DNA from: Azolla caroliniana
Lineage: Eukaryota > Plantae > Polypodiophyta
NCBI GenBank assembly: GCA_043228905.1
Contig: JBHGNT010000009.1
Span: 8,370,001-8,434,000 of the forward strand
Direction of reading: 5' to 3'
DNA: 64,000 bases
Both the position numbers and the translations under genes were made by a program. Under the pieces are notes generated by a model. That model was not told where the DNA came from, made no database searches, and saw only the letters and a program-made list of their open reading frames with translations. Shown here in pieces: positions 51,776-64,000 of the stretch (position 1 is its first letter; each line of letters opens with the position of its first letter).

Positions 51776-52389
51776 TGTAAAGATTTACAATATGCGGAAG
51801 CTTGTGAACCGACAGTCGGTCGGTTATCAGGAAGATAAACAATTTGTTAACACAGAACACAGAGTACAAAAGAGAGTGTGAGACTGAGTGAGAGCAGACA
51901 ACAAAAAATTCTATTACAGAAAAATGCTCGGTCTTTTTTACATAGTGCTTATGTGCACTTTATATATATACACGTCGACACGTCTGACATTCCGACATCC
52001 AGCTTCGTCATCCAGATCCAATATCCGATATCCGACATCTACTCTAGAAAGAGGGCCTAGCCAATTGGATCAATTCCGGTCTGACCTATCGACTTATCTA
52101 GCCAGTTTGGCCCATGTTGAGCTTGCTTGCTCAACACTCCCCCTTAAGCTCAACTTGAGCTCAGTCCATTGCGTCAGATTTAGCCGGTCCTTGCAACCAA
52201 CTCCTCCTAACGTCCTTTCACCCACCTCGCACTCCACATCCAATCCGGTCCCACATCCCACAACCTCTTTGATCCGACGCTCCTCGACTCATTCGGTTCC
52301 GCGTACCTTGACCCCTACGGTCACCTTATCTACTCGTCCAAACCTTCTTATCTCCTTTGTTGTTACGGCATTGGCGCCCCTCGACCCGT
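51776..52389 (-). mobile_element. Ty1/copia element I: 3' LTR (51776-52136), PPT and 3' region
   Basis: Same LTR termini as B, D and H; PPT AGCTTAAGGGGGAG at 52137-52150. Confidence 0.8.
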
Positions 52390-52651
52390 TGTCGTGGAGA
52401 AAACCGTCCCTAGGCGGAATCGAAGAATATTGGGAGAATCGGCGGTGTGCACCATGTGCACTTACCCTTGTAAAAACGTGTGAATAATAGGAGTTAAGTC
52501 GGGACAGAGGATCCCATGTATAAGGGATTTATCCCACATTGTAACACATCTCCCTCCTTGTTCTATAAAAGGAAGGGAGCGCCTCTTGTGAAGGGGTTGC
52601 CCATTTTGAGTTAGGAGGGTATACCGTTAGGTTTAGTATTCTGTTTATCTT

Positions 52652-52698
52652 TTCTTCTTCTTCTTCTTCTTCTTCTTCTTCTTCTTCTTCTTCTTCTT
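52652..52698. repeat. (TTC)n microsatellite in the J LTR
   Basis: Read directly from sequence. Confidence 0.9.
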
Positions 52699-55600
52699 CC
52701 CTTTCATGTTTGCTTAGGGTTTGCTTCCGCTCGGCCTCTTGTGCAAGACATTGTTCAGCGCGACAAGCTCGAGAGCTCCCCGACGGCGGCTTGGCGGCAG
52801 ACTGTTGTTGTAGCGTAACCTACCTTGGTCCGGCTCGAACCCAGGGATGTATTCTTTCCCTTGTAATATACATATTTGCGTCTGTCTATGCATATCGGTG
52901 TATTTAGTGGTGTCGGAAGCACAGCCCCTTGCTTCCTGTGCATAAGAGTCGGTGTCGCGTGCACGTTCTCCCTCTCCTTTGTCTCTCTCTCTCTCGCATT
53001 CAGTTGCCTCTGGAGCGCGTCCGAAGTCAGTTTCTCGGCACCCCCCTTTTCTCTCTAGTCCAAGACCCCGGTGGTCCTGCCCTTCTCAACACACGCGCAT
53101 AACAACGCAACATATTTGGTGAACCCGACGTGAAGGGCGGCAAGGGAGGATGGAGATGGAAGAAGACGATTTCGCGCAACATTTTGTTGAAGCGGTGAGG
53201 GAGTTTGGACGAGCAACGGCAAGAAGAGAGACGGCGCAGCAAGCGGTTGAGCAAGTGGTCGAAAGAGTTAGCCATTTCAACGGGGACAAAGTCCCATCTT
53301 ACTTGGAAGCCTACAACACGGAAATGGAGGAGCGAGATGTAGACGAGGCGTTGAGACTGGAGTTCTTCTGTCGAGTCATCGTCGTCCGCATACACACGGA
53401 AGTGAAGGAGCTCTGAGAAGCTCATAGTTCGTGGGAGGCCTTTGAAGAGGCGCTCCTGCAGGCATATGGAGGACGGCGGAAGAGCCGGGGATGACGTGAC
53501 TTCGACCAGTGGGTTGCATCGGCGAAGACCCACCGGGGCGCAATGAAGGCGTTCCGAGAGTTCAAGCGGCGGCTTGCTCGGCTCCCGGAGCGGGAACAAG
53601 GTTTCGTGGGGGCGGACAAAGTCCTATTGTTCATCAAGTCGATCGACCGAGCGGAACGGGAGGCCATCGGGCTTGAGCTCGAAGACGAGGATGGAGTGAA
53701 TGGCCTTACGGAGGACTGGTCGAAGGTCGAAAGGGTATGCCAACGGCTAGATGACGAGCGAGCCGAGAAGGCTAAGAGGAAGGCGTGCGACAGCGTGCCA
53801 TCACAGCGGAAAGAGGCCGAACGGCAAAGAGAGTCGGCAAGGGTCGACGTCAGGCCAGCATTGCGGAGGCGTACGCGGCTCTCGAGGCAATGCTCGAGGA
53901 AGAGGAAAGATTGAGACCGCAAGACAACACCAAGCAGCCAAACTTGCCCCACGAGATGGCAGAAGACCGGTACCACGGTACCACGGGAGAGGGTGCGAAA
54001 CAAAACGCCCTCTCGACTTGCGGAGATAGAACAGCCGAGGACGAGGCCGAGACACTGATCGCGGAATCGGAATGTTGGGACCGACAGTTTCGAGCGTGTC
54101 AGTCCGAAACCCCGGACATTGCAAAAGCAAGCCCAGGCGGGGCTTGCACGATCGGTAAGGAGTCGACCACAGACCACAAAGAGCCGGTGGCTATGGACAA
54201 GGGCGTAAAACAGATGGGCGATTCTTCACGTCTTCCCACACTTGCTCCCGAGACGATGGCAGTTGGACCCCTGTGCCCACGTGAGTCCCTAGAGGAGGAA
54301 GGCGGCGGCATGAGACCAAGAATAACCGGCGAGACGATACGAGGAAGGAGCAGACGAAACCCCTTGCACCCGATTCTAGAGAACTCGGCATTCGATCCCT
54401 TACGCCCATGTGAGACTGAGGAGAAGGATGACGGTATCGAGGAGTCCTGGCATGATGCCAGCGAAGATGGATGGGAGGTAGCCCGCGAAAAGGGTGTGAA
54501 AGAGACCAAGGAACGACCCGATCGGGGACTGAACCGCGTGGCACTCCGATTCGGTTGGAGCGCAATCCGGTCATGGATTGTTTGATCGGGGCCAGAATCG
54601 GCATGAAGGGCCGATACGGGAGAGGGTGTGGAACGAGCCGCCCTCTTTTACATGGGGAGAAAGACCGACCGGGCGAAGGTCGGGAATTGGAAGGAAGGTG
54701 ATCAAGGGTTCGGCACGAGTCCGGCAAGGTCAGCATCGAAGCCAAAACTCCGGACATTGTAGAATCAAGCCCAGACTGGGCTTGATTGATCACAAAGCGG
54801 ATGCTATCCACCGACACCACTAAAAGGGTCCGTGGCCCGGATGAGTTGCCAAGGAGACATTACGAAAAGGTTACCCCACATCTTGCCCGGAGACTTCGGC
54901 AGTTCGGCCGACGTGGCAACGTGAGACCGAAAGAGATGGAAGATGGAGGCGGGAGTAAAGCGAGGAGAGTGACGACGAGTCCAGGAGAAGTCCAAGGGAT
55001 GAAGCGGAGAATGAAGGCCGGTCCTATGAAGTTCCTTACAACCAATCCGGTTGTCGGCGCGAGTGCCGGCGTGAGTCCTATAGGAAGGGACGGTGGCGAC
55101 AGGAGAACGGGACCCGGCAATCCAAAGAATGACAGACGGACCCGGACAAGAACCGGGTGGAGCGGACTTCCGGATAACCATTCCGGGAGGGAGGAAGAGA
55201 GTGGGCCTACGAAGAGGTCGGGAACACGGTACGTCGGTACCACGGGAGAGGGTGTGGAGCGAGCCACCCTCTCAACTTGCGAAAGAAGGAAGACCCGGGA
55301 TAAGGGTCAGAGATACGACAAGCCCGAGGAGGATCCTTCACACTGGTTCTAAAGACTCCGGCGGTCGGCCTAAGAGCCGACGTGAGTCCTAGAGTCACAA
55401 ACGATGGTAGTGAGGGGACGAAGGCAAAGGGCTACAGATGGGCAGTCTACAGAGATCCTCACACCAATCTAGCGGTCGGCCCGAGTGCCGGCGTGAGTCC
55501 TACAGGAGAGATTGGTGTCGGCAGGTGAACGCGACCAGCCAAGGAGGCCGAGACGAAGGTCGGGAAGACAGCGAGTGGTGCAGCAACGACCTTACACACA

Positions 55601-55778
55601 CCGGTTCTAGACACTCCTGCAGCTAGCAACGAGGTCCGGCGTGAGACCTAGAGGGAAGAACGGTGGCGGCGGCAAGGTGGGAAAACCGAAGTCCCATGAA
55701 GATCCTCACACCGATCCGGTGGTCGGCCCAAGAGCCGCGTGAGTCCTATAGGAAAGGACGGTGGTGGCAAGTGAACGT

Positions 55779-58700
55779 TGTCCTGTCTCTCGGCGCCGGA
55801 TCGTTCCGTGAGTCAGGTGGGAACCGTTGGGGTTTTGGACTATGAGAAAGGAGATCGTGAGATAGAGATAAATTATGAGTAGATAGCAAAGAGAAAGATA
55901 AGAAACTCGTGAATCACACGAGTATACTATATTAATTGGTACTTAGGTTTGTTAAGAAAGAAGTAGATGCATAAATCGTGAATCCCACGAATAATTTTTA
56001 TATTGATCAATACTTAATCCAAAATAACCAACTCTTATACATCTTTCTCTCCTCCTTATATAAGGACGGAAGTGCATATAAATAAAGTTTTCACGCATTC
56101 TAAAAATGCATGACTTACCTTTTAATAAAGGTAGGCGAAAATAAAGGTTTTATACGTATTAAATCTATATTTGAAACACTCAGAATAAGTTAGTATAATG
56201 GTAAGGCTGGAGTTTGTCTGCGTGGAGGTGGAGGGTTTGAATCTTGCCCTATGCACGTAACCGAAATTTTAATGTTTCTTTTATTTACAATTGTGTGACT
56301 CTGACCGGCCTTCTTCATCCGGCTCTTCCTTGCCGGTTCCTCTTCGTCCGGTTCTCACCGGGTATTTCATTCTCTATCCGGATGGACAAAATGCAATTTC
56401 TGCGTAGTGTGTAAATTACACCACGACACTCGCCCCCTCTAAACCCGCACATCCTCCAGTATGTGCCGAGGTTCCCAATGTTCTATATTCGCCTCCATCC
56501 ATATCGCTCTCCGAATCTTCCCTTATGTCGACTACAAGTTGAAGTCCACTTTCTTCGCTATCCACATCACCGCGATCTTTGTCCGGTTGCTCCTCATTGT
56601 CGGTCTCGTCTATGGCTACATAAGATTCACTGTTAGTCCACTTCTTGAAGATCTTCACCCGTTTCCCTGCTATAGGCACTCGTAGTATCATTCCATCCAA
56701 TTCACTTAGTCGGTAAGTTCCGTTGTCGAAAACTTTCCGAACCTCATATGGGCCAAACCACCTTTTTGCGAACTTCCGTACCATTGTATGTTGATGATCC
56801 AAACTACTGTCATAGACAATCACCCAATCTCCTTCTTCAATCTTCCGTGGTCGTAGTTGGTGCTTGGTGTCGAACCGGCTTTTGTTCCAGAGTCGCGCTT
56901 CTTGTTGTCAGCGTGACGCTTCTGCTACATCTTCCGGTCTTCCCTCCAGTTGTCGTATCCGGACCACTAGTAGTTCTTCCCGGCTCATCTCTTCCTTCCA
57001 CGGTAGCATTGTCCATGTCGCGATTGCGGTTTCCGTCGGCATTACCGGTGCTTGTCCGGTGATAAGTTCTACCGGCATATAACTGGTTACGGAGCTATGC
57101 ATCGTCCAATCCGCCCATAGTACATACAGGAGCATCTGCGGCCAATCCATCACCCTTCTGTCGCATGCTTTGGCAAGTGCTTTGACGATCAGCCTATATG
57201 TCCTCGCTCGACCTTCCCGTTGGCTTCCGGATTGTATTTCATTGTTAGTGTTAACCAAACTCCATGTTTGGAGAAGAATCCCCTAGCTTTGTCAGAGTCA
57301 AGTTCTCCCCGATCTGCAATCACTTGTCCTACGCACCCGTACCTGCAAAACACTTCTTCCAAAAGAAATTGACATACCCCAGAACACGTTTTTCTTCATA
57401 GCGCCCGACCTTCTACTTGATTTGTGAGATCTTCCCAAGCTAACACCAAGTACTTCTTTTGTCCGATCCCGGTTGGCATGGCTACAATGTCGACCATCCA
57501 TTTTAAGTTGATTGTCGGTGAGAATGTCGGATGTAACTCATCTCGGTGTCAAACTCCAGAGTAGATTTGACACTTCTCGCAGCTTTCCATGAACTCCGCA
57601 ACATCTTTGTACATATTCTTCCACCAATATCTTTGCTTGATCTTCCCAAATGTTGCCCATGTTCCCTGATGTCCAGCCCAATCAGATTCGTGAAATTCGG
57701 ACATTACCTGATTTCGTTGCTCTTTTGTCCCGACTACTCGAAGTGGTATGCCACCCGTTCTTTTCGGCTCCCTCCATAAAAATCCATTTTTCAAGAAGAA
57801 CTTTCGGACTTGCCATTTCTTACTTCGGATCTCGGCTCTCTTCTCTTTATTGTCTAATGATTCCTCGATTTCTCGTAGCATTTTCCCGATCAACAAGCTT
57901 TCTCCCTCGTATTCTTCTTCCCGGAATTCTTGGATTACGTTCACCCGGCATATGTGCTCCGAAGCAAAGTAGTCTTCGGAAACTTCTTCATTATCGGATT
58001 CGGTTATGTCATCTCCGAACCGCGCCCTTGATAGCATATCCGCTATAGCGTTGTCATTTCCGGAGATGTGTCTTACCTCCGGATTAAGTGACTTAACATA
58101 TCCAATCCACCTTAGCATAGCCACATCCGGTATAGTACAACACCGCATCATCCCGAGTATCGGAAGACAATCCGTTTCGATCACTACTTCGGCTCCGATC
58201 AAATAATCTCGATCCGATTTGATTGCCGACACGAATCCCCATAATTCTCTTTTGACTTGCGCATACCCGCATTGCCTTTCGTTGAGAACCTTTGCTCCGA
58301 ATCGGATCAGATATCGCGAACCATCCGAGTCGAGTTGATTGATGACCCATCCGATTCTGGTTGAACTTGTATCAACCGTTACTATAACTGGTCGGTCATA
58401 GTTCGGCTTCTTTAGAGCTTCAGCCCTCTGTATTGTTTTCTTGAGCTTCCTCATGGCTTCGGTGTGTTCCGGTTTCCATTCGAACTTCTTCCCCTTCCGC
58501 AACAAGTGATAGAACGGGTCCGCAATATGTGCGTAGTGCGGAATCCATATGTGATAGAATGCACATGCTCCAAGAAAGCTTCGGACTTCGGATTGTGACT
58601 CGCATACTTCTTTCATAGCTTGAATCGCATCGATCTTGGTTGGTGACGGTCTTCGGCCGTAGGGCCCACATAGATGTCCGACTACCAATATTTCTTCTTG

Positions 58701-61700
58701 TCCGAATGCCGATTTCTCTCCAGAAAGTGTTAGATGCACATCTTCTAACTTCCGTAACACTTTCCCACAATCACGGATATGGTTGACTACGAACCTTCAG
58801 CATCCCCGTTCATCCATAGCTTCATCTTTTTCTTCCACCGCACACCCTTTCATCAGAATGTCATCTAGGAACGGCATTGTTATCTCCAGTATGCAATCCC
58901 CTAGCACCTTGTTCATCGCATTCATCATATGTGCGACTGAGTTCGTCGCGCCTTGTGGTAGCATACACCTCCGGACTAATCCTATCGGTGTTTGCATGGT
59001 AGTGATGTCTTGGCTCTCCACGGCTAGTTGGAATTGGTCATATCTGGAGTATAGGTCTCCAATGGAGTATATCGTGCGACCGGCAAATGCTTCCGCAAAT
59101 TCGTCCACTATCGGACCAACTCCGGAATTCCGGATCATGACCTTGTTCACCGGTTGCAAGTCTTGGATAAATCGGAGTGACCCATTCTTCTTCGGAACCG
59201 TAAACCATCGATTTGAGTACGGAGCGTTTGATGGCTCTAGAATCCCCATCGCCACCTTCTCCTTGAGCAAGTCGATGACTTTCGGAATATGCGCCCGCGG
59301 CACCGGAATCGGCTTCAGGCTCCACGACAGATGGTCAATCGTGAAGATCACCATCGGCTCCACTATCTTCAGATCAACGCACCCTATCTCCTTCGATGTG
59401 AATGCAAATGCTTTTCCATGTTGTTCCAGCATCTCACGAAACCGTTCTTCTTCTTTTTGTGAGAGGAAACCACCTCCACCGATCCGAAGTTTCTTCCAAG
59501 TCTCATCCGAGAAGGCATGTCCGATATCCACGGACTTTCGAAGTGTTGGATCTCCCGAGACTTCTTTCCTCTTTTGTTCGCTATCGGCGGGTAGCGGTCC
59601 TGCGGCCGGTTTCACTTTCTTCTCCACGGTCTTGTATTTCGTACTTACCATTACTTCTTCTTTGCAGAACGAATCCGGCCCCATTTTCGCAATGATCTCG
59701 TACATCTCGACCGATTCCACCCGGACTACCTGGTCTTCTTGATTTTTACCCTCCACAAGCTCTTCAAGCCGTTGTAGCGTGCTCCCATAGAACACTTCTT
59801 CGACTACCCCCACGATTTCTTCATCTTCTTTTATTATTGATGCTGACCGTAACTTACTCTCTACCTTTCGGTATTCTTTCTTCATTTCTCCAGCTACGAC
59901 TACGTACGTTGATGCCCCATCCGGACCGATTCGTACTTGTTTTGCTCCGAGTCTTCTTCCTATGTGGGGTATCAGGGCTTCTCGGACTATCACTTCCCCA
60001 CTCCGCAATAGTCCAATCTAAAAATCCATCTTCATTTGGGACAAGAGCTCCCTCTTGTTCCTTTCATGATTTTCCGGCACAGTTAGGAATTGGACAGATT
60101 TCCCTCCGTTCTGGCTCCGAATTTGTGCAAAAGCCGCACCGCTATCGAGCACCTTTGTCTCCATCCGTGAAGCCGTGATAAAGGGTTGCCCGAGGATCAC
60201 GGAGTGTGAGACCTCATCTTGCACGAAGAAATTTTGGTCTATCTCCACATCCCCAATCTTCACCATCACATCCGGACAAGCCGCAAATAGTTCTTCCGTT
60301 GCTTTAGTGGCTGCCCAGACCTTCCACCCATGATTCATGTTAATAGGCCACTTACCCTTCCGGTAGAACTCCTTGGACATCAAGTTGATCTCCGATCCGT
60401 GATCAATCAATGCTAGCACGGGCTCTTTGATGTTACCGATTCGGACCAGAGTCTCCGTAGTTGCGCGTGCCCAGTGTGGCTTTGTGTAGTGAGAATTTGG
60501 TATTTCGTCCTCCAATTCGGTGTCATTCATTAGAACGGTATTTGCATTCACCCATGGAGCGTTCTCCTCCGTACTTTGCCTTTTTCTCTTCACGAGATCC
60601 ACAAGAAGATCGTGGAACTCCTTCTTCGATATTCCGAGTAATTCTCGAAGCGAAAAATCTACACGGCTATCGAGGATTCTCTCCTCGAACACCTTTTTCA
60701 AGTCCATTTGTTGTTCAATGTCCAAGGCGAGCTTGAATGCCGGAATCATCTTTTCTTTTCCCTTACCTCTGGAGTTCCAGCTTTCCGGTGTCTTCGATGG
60801 ATCGGCCGCCTCATCCGTGCGCCGTCACTTCTCATCTACATACACTTCATGCAATTGGCATAAAGCAAACACGCTATTCTTATCCACGGGGCACTCCCAT
60901 CCTGTAGCTTCACGGATGCCTTCCGCGGTGCTTCGGATCTCATTGGAGTCGGTTTTCTCGGGGTTTTCTAGCATATCCAGCCAAAAAGACGCCTTTGCTC
61001 CCGACGACTCACCCACACTTATACCTGCAGTTGTCGCATAATTACCTTTTGCCGCTATTTCCTCCTCTAGAACCTTCTTCATGCCGCCTTTCCGGAAGTT
61101 CGGTCGGAGTGGCTTCCGAGAGTTCATCGAATGAATCCGATTTCCCTCGTAGTAGATAAGATCTCTTCGTAACACCTCCTTGTGCTCGTCGCAATCCCTT
61201 CGATCGTGCTCAGTGCTATCACACCATATACATCAACGGTCCATATACTTGGAGATTGTGGGACGGTCTCCCGACTTCTTCACCATCGCGATTTTCAGAT
61301 TCTCCATATCTTTCAGCAACTGCTCCACCATTGTTGCATCAATCCCCTTCTCGGTCATAGTCTCTCGAGCCCGTAGTTGATGGTCCTCCAATCCGGATCT
61401 CGGTTTCGGAATCGGTTCTGAAACCCTCTTCTCTTCGTTAGCAAGCCACTGCCCCCTCTTCGTGTATCGCGCGACGATATCCCGCACACTTTCCCACATT
61501 TCGGTGAGGACGCTTTCGGTGGTCGTGTCCTCTAGAAGCACTCCGAGATCTTTCCGGTCCTGGACATCCACAGCTTGCAAAAACATGATGACTTTGTCCG
61601 GTGCAAGAATAGTTTGATCTCTCGCGGACAACCCCCCAAACCGACTTTCGAATGACGAAAACACTTCGAGGACCTTCAGCCCCTTACCTGGCGTTTCCAC

Positions 61701-62897
61701 CCAATCTTCGAATCCCCTCCGCATTGCCTTGGAGGAGTCCTCGATGGCGAACGTGGTCTTTAACGCTTCTTCAAATGCTTCCCACGTCGGATTTTGTTGT
61801 TGTAACCCGTGGATACTCCCTTGAAGCCCGTCGGTCGCCACCCGGTTGAAGGATGTCACTTGCAGTCCTTCCGAAATCCGGCACCGGAGCATCTCTGCCT
61901 TGTAGTCCTGCAAATATCGTGACACGTCCTTACCGTTGAATTGCCCGTTGCGTTGCACGAGCCGCTCTACTGCTGCCGACATCGCGCGTTGTTCTTGTAG
62001 CATCCGTTCGAACATCGCCATCATATTGTTAGCTTGTTGATTCTCCATCTCCTTGCCACCCGTATTCACGTCGGGTTCACCACTTGTGTTGTGCCTCTCG
62101 GTGCTGGATCGTTACGTAAGTCGGGTGGGAACCGCTGGGGTTTTGGACTAGGAGAAAGGAGATCCTAAGATAGAGATTAATTATGAGTAGATAGCAAAGA
62201 GAAAGATAAGAAATTCGTGAATCACACAAGTATACTATATTAATTGGTACTTAGGTTGTTAAGAAAGAAGTAGATGCATAAATCGTGAATCCCACAAATA
62301 ATTTTTATATTGATCAATACTTAATCCAAAATAACCAACCCTTATACATCTTTCTCTCCTCCTTATATAAGGACGGAAGAGGCTAAGCATAGATTCTTGC
62401 TTTTCTAAAGTGTTCATGCTCTCTAAATTTGCATGCTTTACTTTTCCCACTACGATTTCCTAAATTTAGCATTCATGCCCACTAGATGTGCATGCGTAAT
62501 TTTATTAGTGTGCATATAAATAAAGTTTTCATGCATTCTAAAAATGCATAACTTACCTTTTAATAAAGGTAGGCGAAAATAAAGGTTTTATATGTATTAA
62601 ATCTATATTTGCAACACTCAGAATAAGTTAGTATAATGGTAAGGTTGGAGTTTGTCTGCGTGGAGGTGGAGGGTTTGAATCCTGCCCTATGCACGTAACA
62701 AAAATTTTAATGTTTCTTTTATTTACAATTGTGTCTCTTCATCCCGTAAGAGACTCTGACCGGCCTTCTTCATCCGGCTCTTCCTTGCCGATTCCTCCTT
62801 GTCGGTTCCTCTTCGTCCGGTTCTCACCGGGTATTTCATTCTCTATCCGGATGGACAAAATGCAATTTCCAGGTAGTGTGTAAATTACACTACGACA
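55779..62897 (-). mobile_element. Full-length non-chromoviral Ty3/gypsy element K (5' LTR 62087-62897, PBS-Trp 62065-62082, PPT 56429-56440, 3' LTR 55779-56428)
   Basis: LTR pair; TSD ACGT; gag 62069-61233; PR (ALIDHGSEIN) 60749-60018; RT (LPQGATNS, FLDDI) 60008-58797; RH 58760-57549; INT and WFGPY 57500-56416; no chromodomain. Confidence 0.93.
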
Positions 62898-64000
62898 ACG
62901 TGATCGGACGACGGAAAGCAGAGAAGGAAGGTATCAGGCCGGTGAGGCGGCTACGAACCAAATCGAACTTACCGGAAAGGTCATGAGCATAAGGAAGTCT
63001 GGTCCTACGGGATCCCCACACCAGACCGGAGACTCCGGCAGTTTGGCCAGTGTGGCAACGTGAGACCTTGAGAGAAGGCTGGTGGCGGCGGGAAAACAGA
63101 ACTCGACTACGCGGAAGACATGAGGAGAGTCCAAGAGGGACTCAAACAAAAGGCACCCGAATTTCGGCAAGCAACGAAACGAAGACCGGTCCTATAGGAT
63201 CTTCACACCGATCCGGAGACTCTGGCTGTTCGGCCAACGTGGCAACATAAGACCGAGAGAGAAGGATGGTGGTGGCAAGGAACGGGACCCAGCATCGACA
63301 ATAGCCGACAAGACAGAAGCTGTCTAAGTGCAAACCCCCCCCCCCTACCAGTCGGTTAGGGTTTCCGAGGGAGCCGGCAAGGGCAAGTACGGGCAGTGTG
63401 CCAAGCCGGGAATGGCACACCCAGGGTTGAAGAAGAATTGTGCAAGTGGCTATCAAGGGCCGAATCGGAGCACGACTAAAGGACGGCACGCACGCGGTGG
63501 TGCCGGGAACACGGAAAAGGGGTGCACGACGAACTGCACGGGTCGGAGACCGGAAAGGATATACAAGCCGGAGAAGGATCCTCCACGCCCACTTCGGAGA
63601 TCTCGACGGCTCGATCAGAGTGGCAACGACTGGCATAGCATACCAGACCCGAGACAACAAGTTGGTGGGGGCGAGGGGACGACGGCGAGCGGAAGGCTCC
63701 AAACCGGTAGCAGCATCGCGAGACGAAAGTGGCCAAGCGAGCTACCATGGGGTGTTCCTCGGACGCGGAGGACACCGGTACGCGAAGAGCGAAGCGTGCA
63801 TACGGCTGAGGGAAGGGCCAACAATGAGGCACGCGTACTACGGGGTCGTAGCGAACAACCTATTGGCGGGACGAATGAGACTATGGAGAGGCAAGTGGCA
63901 TGAGGATGAACCAGATCCGGGCAACATGGATAGCGAGGACAACCGGTTCGGGGCGATTGGTGATCCAGAGGACGAAGGGTAACTGCGGGCCGGTCTTCTC

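Larger units (their letters stand above)
52390..64000 (+). mobile_element. Gypsy-type element J (5' LTR 52390-53112, tRNA-Trp PBS 53117-53134, gag remnant, long degenerate-repeat interior); hosts K; runs off the window
   Basis: TGTCG...CAACA LTR with TATAAAA; PBS TGGTGAACCCGACGTGAA; gag 53150-53760 homologous to K gag (FNG..V..YL..Y..EM, WEAFEEAL, DKV..F). Confidence 0.8.

Noticed and set aside
58783-59742. Long plus-strand ORF (also 8474-9178)
   Set aside because: Antisense shadows of retroelement pol with no independent motifs.
62065-62082. tRNA-Trp gene
   Set aside because: Only the 18-nt 3' end including CCA is present, adjacent to an LTR, so it is a PBS.

Overview
Eukaryotic, land-plant DNA. 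The element types suggest a non-seed plant such as a fern, which is inference. The first 1.2 kb holds the last two coding exons of the host gene MED25/PFT1, with a 38-Gln tract. Most of the remainder is a deeply nested stack of degenerate LTR retrotransposons: Ty1/copia elements with tRNA-iMet PBS, Tcn1-like chromoviral Ty3/gypsy elements with self-priming PBS and a -1 frameshift signal, and non-chromoviral gypsy elements with tRNA-Trp PBS. The standout is an apparently intact 11.9-kb TIR DNA transposon (19648-31536; 25-bp TIRs starting GGG, 4-bp TSD TGAC, Sola-like) inserted in a gypsy pol. It encodes a spliced ~863-aa DDD transposase. On the opposite strand it carries a 5-exon ~574-aa RING-H2 protein and an FCP1/SCP-type HAD (pseudo)phosphatase ORF. 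One intron in each of the two spliced genes is filled with an array of the 14-bp palindrome TAGCTAATTAGCTA, which also sits next to both TIRs. All calls come from reading the sequence by eye; no database search was run.
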